A stretch of 64,000 nt of DNA, taken from Chiloscyllium plagiosum. Lineage: Eukaryota. The notes below the pieces were generated by a model. It had not been told where the DNA came from and searched no databases. It saw only the letters and a program-made list of their open reading frames with translations. How positions within the stretch are numbered: position 1 is the stretch's first letter; each line of letters begins with the position of its first letter. The stretch spans positions 1,415,306 through 1,479,305 of the forward strand of contig NC_057755.1 of assembly GCF_004010195.1 (NCBI RefSeq), given 5' to 3'. Made by a program: the position numbers and the translations under genes. Of the stretch, positions 11,801 through 24,200 are shown one piece after another.

Positions 11801-12907
11801 CCAATCTCTGAAGTAGATTGACTTGAACCCAGACCTCCCAATCGCTATGTAGGGAACGCTATCACTGCACCACAATTCACCACTTTATACTCCATATGCT
11901 GCTGTTTTGCATATGTTTCACAAGGTGGAGATAGCAAAGTAGATGGTATCATGATATGTAGCAAACTCTGTTACAGTCAATATATTCCTGTTGCAATGTT
12001 GTCAGAAAATGGCCCTCACATATCATAACAATGTCACAGGGTCTGGAAGTGTGGATTGGGCCGGGAACATGGATTTTAATATGTCACTGATTTAGTTGCA
12101 AAATTTCTGCTGCAAACAGAAATTCATACCTGGTCAGCTATTAACTTTTCAATCGATATTGCACGATTTCACGATTTGTTATTATTTGAAACCGTGGAAT
12201 TCAGTATTTTTTTTAATTATTCCACCAATAGAACTCGCATTTCTCTCTTGAGTTGCATCTTGGTCATGACCGGCTGATACAGTTTTAAAGGGGTGTATCG
12301 ATTACTGAAGAATCGTTTGAAGTTATTTCTCTTCTGGAATTTAATGTGTTAGTCTCTAAAATGTTAGCATACAATCCAATTCATAATATCGAAACAACAA
12401 ACATTGGAAAGTGCCTGCCAATGACGATGCTATTCTCTCTTCACTCCCATCTGCAAAATTCACATTGTAGAAAGGGTGGACTTCACTCGGTAATTATTGA
12501 ACAGTGAGTATTTATTGGACTCATTGTGAAGTTTGGTGTGTTGTACAAATCAGCTCTCAATGGACAGACAGTCCCCGGGTTGTGCTTAGGTTCCATTCTG
12601 GAGTCCATTCACAAGTCGGAACATAATAATAAGCTGCTGTTTGTGAGGACAGATGATGGTCATATTGAATTTTTTTCCAAGTTATACCCTTCTGTGGGAT
12701 GGTGTTTGTAAGACAGACTTTGATAAATTGGTGAGCCCAGAGAGTACCTGAAAGCAACTAAACTCATAAATTACTTTAATGTCACAACCAAACATAACAC
12801 CTCAAATTAAAAGACAAAGAAAACTACAAAAAGTTGGAGAAACTCAGCAAATCTGGCAACACCTGAGGAGAGAGAAAGTAGAGCTAATATCCCGTGAAAT
12901 TACCAAG

Positions 12908-13165
12908 AGAACATAAACATTAGGAGCAGGAGTAGGCCATTTAGCCCTTCGAGCTTGCTCTGCGACTCAATCCGAGTAAGGCTGATTTCATCTCGGCCTC
13001 AATTTCACTTTCCTGCCTGCTCACCTTCACCCTCTCTCCAGTTATTCATTAAGACTTTCACTATCTCTTCTAGAATTGTATTCAGTGTCCTGGTATCAAC
13101 TGCACTCTCGGGGAATGAATTTCACAGATTCACGATCTTTGGGAAGTAATTCCTCTTCGTCTCAA
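12908..13165 (-). mobile_element. CR1 3'UTR fragment
   Basis: aacataaacattaggagcaggagtaggccatt reverse tail. Confidence 0.7.
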
Positions 13166-13679
13166 CATCCTGAAAGAGAGCACTTTACCCAGTGCAGGAC
13201 AAGAGTTGACCTGGGAAGCTACTGATTCCCAATCGTAGCAAATGCCAAAGAAACTGTTTGAGGAAAGCGAATTTCTTACTGGGCAATTCTAACAACTTGG
13301 AACTCTGTGTTTAGTCTCCATCAAAATCAAATAATTTGGAGGATTCTGATGAAATTAAACAGAATAGTTCATCAGAAAATGTTCCAATTGAGCAGATCCC
13401 ATGCTAATGTCACAAACAGGCAACTATGAACTGTTTTGATATGAGGAATTTGATAGGCAATCATAAAACATTATCGGAACTTACCCACCAATTAAATGAT
13501 TGCAAATGACTGGGGTCCCTATTTTTCAATATCAGACATCACATTTGCAATGGTCTGCTACTCCAGTGCAGTCTAATCAGAAATTTCTTGTCATGTGGAG
13601 TTGAGTCAAAATAGAACAACGAAGTTCCCTTGTGCTGAAAGCGATACAACGATACCCTTTGTTGGTAACGCCACGCCAC

Positions 13680-14715
13680 TGCATAAGCAGAAAGAGTGGG
13701 ATGTAAAGGGTCATTGTGATAATGGCAGGCTGTGACAAGTGGTGTTGGCAAGGCTCAGCATTGGGACCAGAACTTTTTAGTTTATACATTAATGGTCTAG
13801 TTAAAGAAACTGACGGCATTCTGGCTACGTTTGCAGATGATACAATGATAGGTGAAGGAACAGGTAGTATTGAGGAGGCGGAGAAGATTTGGACAGGTTA
13901 GGAGAGTGGGAGCAGAAGTGGCAGACGGAGTACAATGTTGCAAAGTGTGAGGTCATACACTTTGGTCGGAAGGAAATAAGCATGGACTATTTTCGAAATG
14001 GGGAGAAAATTCAGAAGTCTGAAGTACAAAGAGGCTTGGGAGTTCTAGTCCAGGATTCTCTCAAGGTAATCTTGCAGGTTGAATCATTCGTTATGAAGGC
14101 AAATGCAATGTTAGCATTTATTTTAAGAATACTTGAATATAGAAGCGTGGATGTACTTCTAAGGCGCCATAAGGCTCTTGTTAGATCACATTTAGAGTAT
14201 TGTGTGTAGTTTTGGGCCCCGTATCTCAGGAAGCATATCCTGGCCCTGGAGCGTGTTCTGAGGCGGTTCATGAGAATTTTAGGAACTTTTAAGGGCTCTG
14301 GGACTATGGTCAAAGAAGCTTAGAAGAATGGTGGTGTGGTGGATCTAATTGAAATTTACAGAATCCTGAATAGTGTAGATGTTGGGAAAATGTTTCCATT
14401 GGTAAGAGGGACGAGGACCTGAGATCACAGCATAATAGTGAACGGAGAATGGTGTTGAGAATGGCAATAAGGATAAGCCTCTTCAGTTAAAGAATGACGA
14501 ATCTATGGAATTGAATGCCACAGAGGCCTGCGGAGGCCAGGTCATTGAGTATATGGAACATTGAAATAGAGAGATTCTTGATTATCAGGAGATCAATGGT
14601 TATGGGGAAAGTGTGAGAATGAGGTTGAGAAACTTATTAGCCATGATTGAATGGCGGTGCAGACTCGATGGGCTGAATGGCCTAATTTCTGCCCTATACC
14701 TTATTGGTCTTATGG
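13680..14715 (+). mobile_element. CR1 3' part (RT FADD motif to tail)
   Basis: QGSALGPELFSLYIN, FADDT, HLEYCV motifs in ORFs 13716..13901 and 13889..14209. Confidence 0.9.
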
Positions 14716-14809
14716 GTGGGCGAAGGTGAGATCGCTCAAGGATTCAATCAGAGAGGAAAAGCGGGTGGACAGCTGAACACAGCACCCATCCAAACTGATA
14801 GCAGCAGGT

Positions 14810-14836
14810 AGACAGACAGACAGACACACACATACA

Positions 14837-14872
<36 letters not shown>

Positions 14873-14885
14873 AGCACACTCACAC
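14810..14885. repeat. (GACA)n/(CA)n microsatellite
   Basis: Visible tandem repeats. Confidence 0.9.
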
Positions 14886-16299
14886 GTCAAGGCTGGCGTG
14901 GAAGGATTGTAATTGGATGGAGGTCCCACAACGTTGAATATGTTCATGTGGAGAAATGGCGTTCTTCCACTGCAATGTGGAAATGATTTGCCTTTGAGCA
15001 TTATTCTTGATATTATACACATAAACAGAGTATTTTCACTTCTGTTGTATTCAGGCATCTCTGAGTAAATCGTTTTAGGAGGAGACAGAGTGAGTGTTCT
15101 AACAGTTTCTGCAGTTTATAACATTTTCTGATGTACTTTGAGAAATTCGAAGTGAAGAAGGATTCAAAGGTGGAGTGGGTGAGACCAGCACTGGGTATGT
15201 TTATCTCCTTCTCATCATACCTCAGGGATAACATCGCAACAGATCGGGCAAAACTGCTTTGTATCCCAATGCATTCTTGAAGACTGAAACAAGCATGTAA
15301 AATGAGAGATTAACTAACTTCGATACTTTCTCCAAAAAACAATCTGCTGCTTGCGCGGTAATATGAAGTTTCCAGCAAACCGTGACACGATATAACCTAG
15401 AACTCAAATTGGACAACATTTCAACAAGCCCAAATATGGCCAAATGTGCCCCTCCTGAACTCTAAGTTTATGATGTTACTGCACTGCTCCACGATAATAT
15501 GAGCCGATCACTTGCAGATGCTATCTGCCATTAAAAACATACAGGGAGGTATTTGGAAACGAATTGAAGCACTGAAAAAAGGCCTCTGATTAATAAAGGG
15601 TCATTTTCAGCGATCCAATTCTCTTTGACAACTTTACACCAATGGTTCACCTTGAAAACATGAAGAGGTCGACGGGGTTCAGTGCTGAGAGAGATCAACC
15701 TTGATCCCTGTGACTAAGATGGTGGGCAAGGTGGTCCATTTGTTTTTTCACCTCTTCCTTCTCTGTACAATGATCCTGGATCCTCTTAGCCCAAGTTAAT
15801 CGCTTCAACAGAAGACTAAAATGGAATATATTCAACTGGCGACATTTACGGAGGGAATGAAGGATGTCCCAAACCAAAGAGCTACCTTGGCTTCAAGAAG
15901 GAGCTGCTTTTTCCAGCTTCAGTTCCGAACGGTAAACTGGTCTTTCCAGGATCTTCCAGTGGCACCATTCAACGTGGGCTTCGGAAATCCCAATGGGATG
16001 TCCTGGCTAAAAATATTAATATGGAGATTGTTTCCAGTTTTACTTGAAGAATGTAGCTCAGGATAGCTACAAGAGCAGCATTAAACTGCCCTCCCAGACG
16101 ACCACCCGAACACCTCTCCCCAAATTACCCAACCGCTCCACAGCACCACCCATCACTGCAGTCAGATCGCTTTGCACAACTCTGCCCTCAGCACAGCCCC
16201 AGTCGCATACACTCACACTTAACTGGAACAATCCATACCCTTCACAGGATGATTACCACCTCCTACCCTCTAATGAGAAACCGAATATATGTGCACTAC

Positions 16300-17365
16300 C
16301 CACAAACAGAGTAGGTTACAGAAGTGAGGCGGCTTGCAAGAGGTGTCAGAGACACGGAGATTTGCAGTAGCAAAAAGAGGGCCGGTAGCAGGAGTTCCCA
16401 GGGACAGGAAAGGTTGCAGGAACCAGTAACATTACAAGAGACAGGGAGTTGTGAGTTGCTGCAGGAAGTTATGACATTGGGAGGGATCAAGGGGCTGCAA
16501 AGATTACAAAGACAGAATTAATTGTTGGAGTCTGAGGTTACAGGCTTGGTAATTTCAAAGAGCTGAGATTATAGAGATAAGGGCTGGATGAGGTAAAAGA
16601 GGTATGGAGAGAGTGTAGGGGACAGATGAGGTTATGAAGATAGAGAGGGGGTGTCGGACTGGCGGAGGTTACAAACATAGGGAGGGCTGTAGGGAATGGA
16701 GGAGGTTACAGAGTTAGGGAGCGTTGTGTGACCTGATGGCAGTTTGACACAGGGAGGAGTGTAGGACCTCTTTGGGCTTATAGATATAGAGAGCATATAT
16801 GACCTGAAGGAGATTGCAGGGAAAGGGTGGTGGGGGGGAGCAGGGGCTGGAGGAGGTTACAGAGATATGGAGGGGTGTAGGGGCTGGAGGGAATTACATT
16901 GATAGGAAAGGTTGTAGGGGCTGGAGCAGGTTACAAAGATAGGGAGGGTTTTAAGGGCTGCAGGAAGTTACAGATATAAGGAGGGCTGAATGGGCTTCAG
17001 GAGGTTACAGAGATAGGGAGGGGGTGTAGGGGTTGTAGGCGGTTACAGAAATAGGGAGGGGTGTAGAGGCTGGAGGGTGTTACCGATAGATAGGGAGGGG
17101 TGTAGGGGCTCGAGGAGGTTACAGAGATAGGGAGGGTTGCGAGACTTTGAAGAGATTACAGAGGTGGGGGTGTAGGGGCTGGAGGGTGTAACAGAGATAG
17201 GGAGGGTGCGGGGACTAGTGTAGATAACAGACAATGTGAAGATTGTAGGGGCTGGAGGAGGTTACAGAGATAGCTTGAGGTGTAGGGACCAGAGTGGATT
17301 ACAGAGAAAGTGAAGGTAGTAGGGGCATGTAGAGTTTACAGAGACAGAGAGGATGTGGGGCTTCA
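16300..17365 (+). repeat. Degenerate ~37-bp G-rich minisatellite (GGAGGAGGTTACAGAGATAGGGAGGGGTGTAGGGGCT)
   Basis: Recurring ggttacagagatagggaggg / tgtaggggctgg units, best preserved at 16840-17290. Confidence 0.9.
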
Positions 17366-17523
17366 AGCCTGGCGATTGTTGAATTGTCATAAGGGCATTA
17401 TAGATGAAGGGTTAAAATAATATTAGTAATGACTGCAACCTGCTCAGACTTCAGATTTTAATTTTAATTTGTTGTAGTCACATGAAACTAATTACAGTGA
17501 AAAGCTTTGGTTTGCAAACAGTA

Positions 17524-20500
17524 ATAGAACATAGAAAAGTACAGCACAGAACAAGCCCTTTGGCCCACGATGTTGTGCCGAGATTTAATCCTAATGTAAA
17601 ATATAGTAACAACCTACGCACCTCTCAACTCACTGCTATCAATGTGCTTGTCCAGCAGTCGCTTAAATGTCCCGAAAGACTCTGCTTCCACCACCACTGC
17701 TGGTAAGGCATTCCATGCATTCACTACTGCCTGTGTTAAAAACCTACCTCTGACGTCTCATTTACACCTTCCTCCTAATATCTTCAAACTATGACTTCTC
17801 GTGCCAGTTAATCCTGCCTTGGGGATACGTCTCTGGCTATTGACTCGATCTATTCCTCTCATTATTTTGTACACCTCTATCAGCTCTCCTCTCTTCCTCC
17901 TTCTCTCCAGGGGGAAAAGTCTGAGCCTATGCAACCTTTCTTCATAAGGCAAGCCCTCCAGTCCAGACAGCATCCTGGTAAACCTTTGCACTTCCTCCGA
18001 AGCCTCTGTATATTTCCTATAGTAGGGCGAGCAGAACTGGGCACAATATACCAAATGTGGCGTCACCAGGGACTTGTAGAGCTGCAGCAAAACCTCGCAG
18101 CTCTTAAATTCTATCCCCCTGTTAATGAAAGCCAAAACACCATATGCTTTCTTAACAACCTTATCCACTTGGTTGGCAACTTTGAAGGATGTATGTACTT
18201 GCACACCTAGATCCCTCTGTTCCTCCACACTGCCAAGAATCCTGTCTTTAATCCTATATTCAGCATTCGAGTTCGACCTTCCAAAATACATCACCTCGCA
18301 TTTATCCATTTTGAATACCATCTGCCATCTTTTAGCCCAGTTCTGCATTCGGTCTACGTCGCACTGCAGCCTGCAGTAGCCCTCTATACTATCGACGAAA
18401 CCTCCAACCTTTGTGTCATCTGCAAATTTACTAACACACCCCTCAACCTCCTCATCCAAGTCATTTATAAATACTACAATAAGCAGAGGTCCAAGTACAA
18501 AACCCTGCGGGACCCCAGTCAACACTGTCCTCCAACCAGAATACTTTCCATCTCCAAGCATTCTCTACCTTCTGTCAGCCAGACAATTCTGAATCCAGAT
18601 AGCCAAATCTCCCTGTATCCCATACTTCCTGACTTTATGAATGAGCCTACCACGGGGAACCCTTTCAAATGCCTTGCTGAAATTTATATACACCACATCC
18701 ACTGCTCGACCATCGTCGAGCAGTCTTGACACCTCCTCAAAGGACTCAATACATTTTGTGAGGCATGACCTGTCCCTCACAAAACCATGCTGACTGCCTT
18801 TAATCACATTATGCTTTGCCAAATACCCATAAATCTTATCCCTCAGAATTCTTTCCAAAACCTTTGCTGACCACAGACGTAAGACTGACTGGTCTGTAAT
18901 TGCCAGAGATTTCCCTATTACCCTTCCTGAAACGAGGAACAACATTCGTCTCCTTCCAATCCTCCGCTATGACTCCAGTGGAGAGTGAGGAGGCAAATAT
19001 CCTCTCCAGCGGCTTAGCAACCTCCTTTCTCCCTTCCCGGAGCAGCCTAGGATAAATCTCGTCGGGCCCGGGGGACTTATCAATCTTAATGCTTTCTAAA
19101 ATTTCGAGCACATCAACTTCATCAATCTGGATCTGGTCAAGACTGTATCCCAGCTCCTCTAAGTTTACATTTATAACAAATTCCCTTTCCTTAGTGAAAT
19201 CAGAAGCAAAAACCTCATTTAGGGCTTCCCCTATTTGCTCAGACTCCTCGCACAAGTTCCCTCGGCTATCCCTGATCGGCCCTACCTTCTCCCTGATAGT
19301 TTTCTTATTCCTCACGTATGAGTTCTCCCTAATGAGTTCTTTTGGGTTCTCCCTAGTCCTTCTTGCCAAGCCATTTTCGTGCCCTCTCTTGGCTCACCTC
19401 AGTTCATTTCTGAGCTCCTTTCTAGCAAGCCTGTAATAATCTAAAGCTGTGTTAGATCCTTGTTTCCTCCACCTTACATAAGCTGCCTTCTTCCTTTTGA
19501 TGAGAACTTCCCCTGTTCTCGTCACCCAAGGTTCCTTCATCTTACCTCTTCTTACCTGCCTCATAGGAAAAAAATTGTGTATCACTCGCAACAACTGGTC
19601 CTTAAATAGTCTCCACATGTCTGCTGTGCCCTTTCTGTGGAACAATTGCTCCGACTCTATACTTCTCTGTCTGATAGCGTCATAATCTTCTTTTCCCCAA
19701 TTAAATATCTTCCCTCGGTAATTGCTCCTTTCACTTTCCAAGGCTATTCTAAATGTGAGGCAGTTGTGATCACTGTCACCAAAGTCTCTCCCACCCCGAG
19801 ATCTGACACCTGTCCTGGGTCGTTGCCAAAATGGCCTCTCCCTTCATCGGTTTGTCGACATACTGAGTAAGGAAACCCTCCTCTACATACATGAAGAAAA
19901 TGGCTCCATTAAAACCATGTATACTGAGGAAGTTCCAGTCGATATTGGGAAAGTTGAAATTACCCATAACAGCAACCCTGCTACTTTTGCATTTTTCCAG
20001 AATCCGGCCGCCTATGAGATCTTCAATCTCTCTACTGCTATTAGGTGCTCTGCAGAAAACCCCCAATGCGGTGGCTGCTCCCTTGCTATTCCTAACTTAC
20101 ACCGTTACTGACTCAGTAGACAAACCTTCCACAACAACCTTCGTTTCTGTAGCTGTGATGCACTCTCTGATTAGCAATGCTACGTCCCCTCTTCTTTTTC
20201 CACCCTCCGTGTTCGTTTTAAACGTTCTAAACCTTGGAACGTCAAGCAACTGCTCCTGCCCGAATGAAATCGACGTCTCCGTTATGGCCACAACATCATA
20301 GTCTCAAGTACGGATCCATGCTCTAAGTTCGTCAATCTTATTTCGTACACTCCTTACGTTAAAGCATACATACTTTAACCGATCCCTTTGTTCATCGCGT
20401 GAGAAACCTTCCTTTTAGATACAATATATCCTGTCACTGTCACGTCTGCAACTGCCCCCTTCTCAGACATGTGGCTCTGATTCCCACCCCCTGCCAAATT

Positions 20501-21398
20501 AGTTTAAACCCTCCCGAATGACACGAGCAAATCTCCCACGCAGGAATTTGTACCCCTCCAGTTCAGGTGCAACCCGTTCTTCATGTACAGATCCTTCCCC
20601 GGAAGGCCTCCCAATGGTCTAGGTATCTGAAGCCCTTCCTCTTGCACCAGCCTCGCAGCCACGTGTTAAGCTGCATTCCCTGGCTGTTCCTCATTTCACT
20701 ATCTCGAGGCACCGATAGCAAATCTGAAATCACTACTCTATTGGTCCTGCTCTTCAGCTTCCAACCTAACTGTCTGTAGTCACTTTTCAGATCCTCAATC
20801 CCTTTCCTGGCCATATCATTGGTGCCAATATGTACCACGATTTCTGGCTGCTCTCCCTCCCCCATCGGAATCCCGACTACCAGAGAAGCAACATACCTTC
20901 CAGGTGTCCCGTTCCTGACCACGAAATCTCCTGTCAATCCGTCGAACTATTGATTCACCTACCACGAGCGCTTTTCTGTTTTCCCCCCTTCCCTTCTGAG
21001 TCACAGCGCCAGTCTTAGTGCCAGAGGCCTGACAACTGTGGTTTACCCCTGGTAGGCCGTCTCCACCAGCAATATCCAAAATGGTATACTTATTGCTGAG
21101 CGGAACGGCCACAGGGGATCCCTGCTGTGACCGTCGGTTCCCTTTCTTTCCCCTGACAGTAACCCAGTTGTCCTTATTCTGCGTCTGGGGAATGACCACC
21201 TCTCTGTACACCCTCTCCATTTTCCCTGCAGCCTCCCGGATGATCTGTTGTTCATCCAGCTCTCACTCCAGTTCCCTAACTCAGTTTTCGAGGAGCTGGA
21301 GTTGGGTGCATTTCCCACAGATGTAGTCAGCAGAGACATGAGAAGTGTCTCTCACCTGCTACATTCTGCAGGAGGAACATCCAACTGCCCTAACGTCC
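17524..21398 (-). mobile_element. Near full-length CR1 LINE: ORF1 (zinc finger/leucine zipper + SGNH esterase) and ORF2 (APE endonuclease + RT), frameshifted
   Basis: CSSC..YICGKC + heptad helix (~21200-21390); LVVGES and VHIGTND esterase blocks; AITET and GNFNFPNIDW endonuclease motifs; KSPGPD, GVPQG, FADDTK RT motifs; (ttctatg) tail at 17524. Confidence 0.95.
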
Positions 21399-21612
21399 AA
21401 AACACGTTAGGGAAGTTGCATGGCAGATCATAGCCAACAGTCATCGACTAGAAATGTTTCTTCCCCTTATTAATAGTATAAACCCAACCCTTGTTTGCTG
21501 TATCAAAATGACATATCTCGCATTTATCCAGATTGAACTCCATCTGCCATTTTTCAACCCATTGACCCGTTTGATGAAGATCACTTTGTAATCTTAAGAA
21601 ACCTTCTTAACT

Positions 21613-21780
21613 AGGAGAAAGTGAGGACTGCAGATGCTGGAGATCAGAGCTGAAAATGTATTGCTGGAAAAGCGCAGCAGGTCATTTCCTGAAGAAGGGC
21701 TCATGCCCAAAACGTCGATTCTCCTGCTCCTTGGATGCTGCCTGACCTGCTGCGCTTTTCCAGCAACACATTTTCAGCTC
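21613..21780. mobile_element. Second short Penelope-like hairpin insertion with hammerhead motif, inside an old CR1 fragment
   Basis: Same terminal sequence as 1655 and 29819; inverted arms 21647-21684/21743-21780; flanking direct repeat aaaccttcttaact/aaactttcttaact. Confidence 0.85.
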
Positions 21781-23246
21781 AAACTTTCTTAACTGTTTAC
21801 TGTGCCACCAAATTGGTGCCTTCAGTCATAGAGTGATAGAGATGTACAGCACGGTAACAGACCCGTCACTCCAACTCGTCCATGCATTTAAGTAATGCAC
21901 TGTTCTTTAATCCTCCAAACCAAAATGAACAAATTCAGATTATCTAACACTGTTTAATTTGGCAGCGTTTTGTCTACTTACTTAGCCGATGGATATCTCT
22001 ATTGCAACTCTTAGTATCCCTCTCTCAACCTGCTTTTCCCACCTGTTGTTATGTCTTCACATGTGTGTCTGATAAAGGCTTCTTTCTCAGGCTGGAAGCC
22101 ATTGACCAGGGCTGGTTTACAGGAATGCTGAATGTGATACATTGGCACCCAGTGATGCCCTCCCCACGCCAATGTGGAGATGTATTTCTTGGAGCATTTG
22201 CCCCTGTCTGCTGTTCTTTTTATTGTTTCTGAATTGCGCACACTCCAAATCAACTAAAGAAAAATGAATGTAAATAGAGATGTGTATGTACATATGCATG
22301 TGTATATGCCATAGATTGTATTATCTCTCTGAATCAGGATAAACATTCTACCCTTACTATTTATACTGTAAAGAAAATTTCTACTTTCTGGGGCACGTCC
22401 AATACAGAGAAAGCAAGTTTCTGATCCCTAGGGTAATAGTCATATTGATGTCGAGGTCAGCCTCTGGATTATAAAACACTGGGAAGTAGGAGGGAACCGT
22501 GGGACTATTATAGCAATGCTATAGGGCTAGGAAGTTGCTCAATGCAGAATTTGCATAATGTGCCTGATTCCCCTAGCCTTTTTGAGTATTGCGGTAGTTC
22601 TGATGACATTCTCAGGTGACACTCAGGAATTGATGGTGACAGACAGTGTGTCATGCTGTTACATGTCACTATCGGATGGTTGGCTGTTCTTACACTGGGC
22701 GGAACTTTGATACATATTCCTTCTGAGTTGACATCTTAAGTCAGGCTTGTCCTCTCGGTCCCTCTGTGCCATTCATTTCTGATGTCGAACTGTGAAAATA
22801 CGACGTTTATTGGTAGATAATATATCCTCATTCAGATAAAACACAAACTCATCGAGTTTGCAGACCCCACGGGTTCATTGTAGTTTCATTAACCTGTGCA
22901 AAACTCCTGTGTCAATCTGTGGATCAAATTTGTGTTCATTTGGGTAAAAAAAGTATCAATTTGACCAAAACAAAGTGTGTTACTTGGTGCGGACATCGTG
23001 TAGAAATGTGTGGAATACAATTGTGTTAATTTGGGCAAAATGTTGTATTAGTCTGTACAAACGTTTTGCCTTAATCTGCAAATGAAGCCTGTGCTCACTC
23101 GGGCAAAAACTGTTGCGTAAATTTATACAAAGAATGTGTGTGAAGTTGTGCAAATATGTTCTGTTAGTGTGTCGACTAAATTGGTGTAATTTTGTGTTGT
23201 GAGCGTGCCAAGGGCTGCTCAGGGTTTGAATCTGCAGGTGTGTGTG

Positions 23247-23690
23247 NNNNNNNNNNNNNNNNNNNNNNNNNNNNNNNNNNNNNNNNNNNNNNNNNNNNNN
23301 NNNNNNNNNNNNNNNNNNNNNNNNNNNNNNNNNNNNNNNNNNNNNNNNNNNNNNNNNNNNNNNNNNNNNNNNNNNNNNNNNNNNNNNNNNNNNNNNNNNN
23401 NNNNNNNNNNNNNNNNNNNNNNNNNNNNNNNNNNNNNNNNNNNNNNNNNNNNNNNNNNNNNNNNNNNNNNNNNNNNNNNNNNNNNNNNNNNNNNNNNNNN
23501 NNNNNNNNNNNNNNNNNNNNNNNNNNNNNNNNNNNNNNNNNNNNNNNNNNNNNNNNNNNNNNNNNNNNNNNNNNNNNNNNNNNNNNNNNNNNNNNNNNNN
23601 NNNNNNNNNNNNNNNNNNNNNNNNNNNNNNNNNNNNNNNNNNNNNNNNNNNNNNNNNNNNNNNNNNNNNNNNNNNNNNNNNNNNNNNNNN
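23247..23690. other. Assembly gap flanked by (TG)n on the left and (CA)n on the right
   Basis: Run of N. Confidence 1.
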
Positions 23691-23752
<62 letters not shown>

Positions 23753-23934
23753 GAGACAGAGAGAGCGAGATCAGGGTAGAGACAGTTGGGAGCAGCTCGA
23801 ATGGACCCCTTACCCTCTCCACGTCTCCACTTCCCTCGTCCTTGTACCTACCTCACTTTTCCCCTCTACCTCACTTTTCCCCTTCCCCTCTCTTTCTCTC
23901 TCTCACTCTTTCTGTTTGTCTCCTCTCTATTTGC

Positions 23935-24200
23935 CCCTTGACCTTTGCATGCCCCAGTCTTTTGCCCCCACTGACTTTTGCACGTGACCTTTGACCCCTG
24001 ACTTTTGACCCCCACCTCTCCCGAATTTCCAACCCCAGACCTCCCACCACCAGACCTTTGCACCCCCTGCCTTTGCCCCTCCCCGAGTTTTGACTTCAGA
24101 CTTTTGCCCAAACCACCGATGTTTGCCCCACGACTTATGCCTCTTGACTTTGGCCTCCCGACGTTTGACCCCCGACTTTTGTCATCCCTGACTTTGACTC
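23935..24200 (+). repeat. Degenerate short-unit repeat (GACTTTTGACCCC-like)
   Basis: Repeated gacctttg/gacttttg/ttgacccc motifs. Confidence 0.7.

Larger units (their letters stand above)
8755..12735 (+). pseudogene. NLR (NACHT + LRR) immune receptor pseudogene, NLRC3/NLRP3-like
   Basis: Walker A remnant IIRTSGFRKCAMLQKIIHEWATGE (~9878-9950); Walker B LEKILLIIDDLD (~10080-10115); sensor-1 CSVL*TS; LGFNAIKIGQYF; MLLKLCSLTNWG; winged-helix FTHSTLKTFFAA; ETVEFS..PPIELAFLS*V (~12190-12255); LRR-like NNK..PICKI segment (~12395-12490). Many stops and frameshifts, two CR1 insertions. Confidence 0.85.

Noticed and set aside
16300..17365. Regularly spaced ~37-bp repeat as a CRISPR-like array
   Set aside because: Units are contiguous and degenerate with no unique spacers; eukaryotic context, no cas genes
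22757..22776. Minus-strand MNGTEGP, identical to the rhodopsin N-terminus
   Set aside because: A stop follows four codons later, and downstream sequence does not continue collinearly as an opsin; treated as chance
22980..23994. ORFs of 176-280 aa
   Set aside because: They span the N gap and dinucleotide repeats
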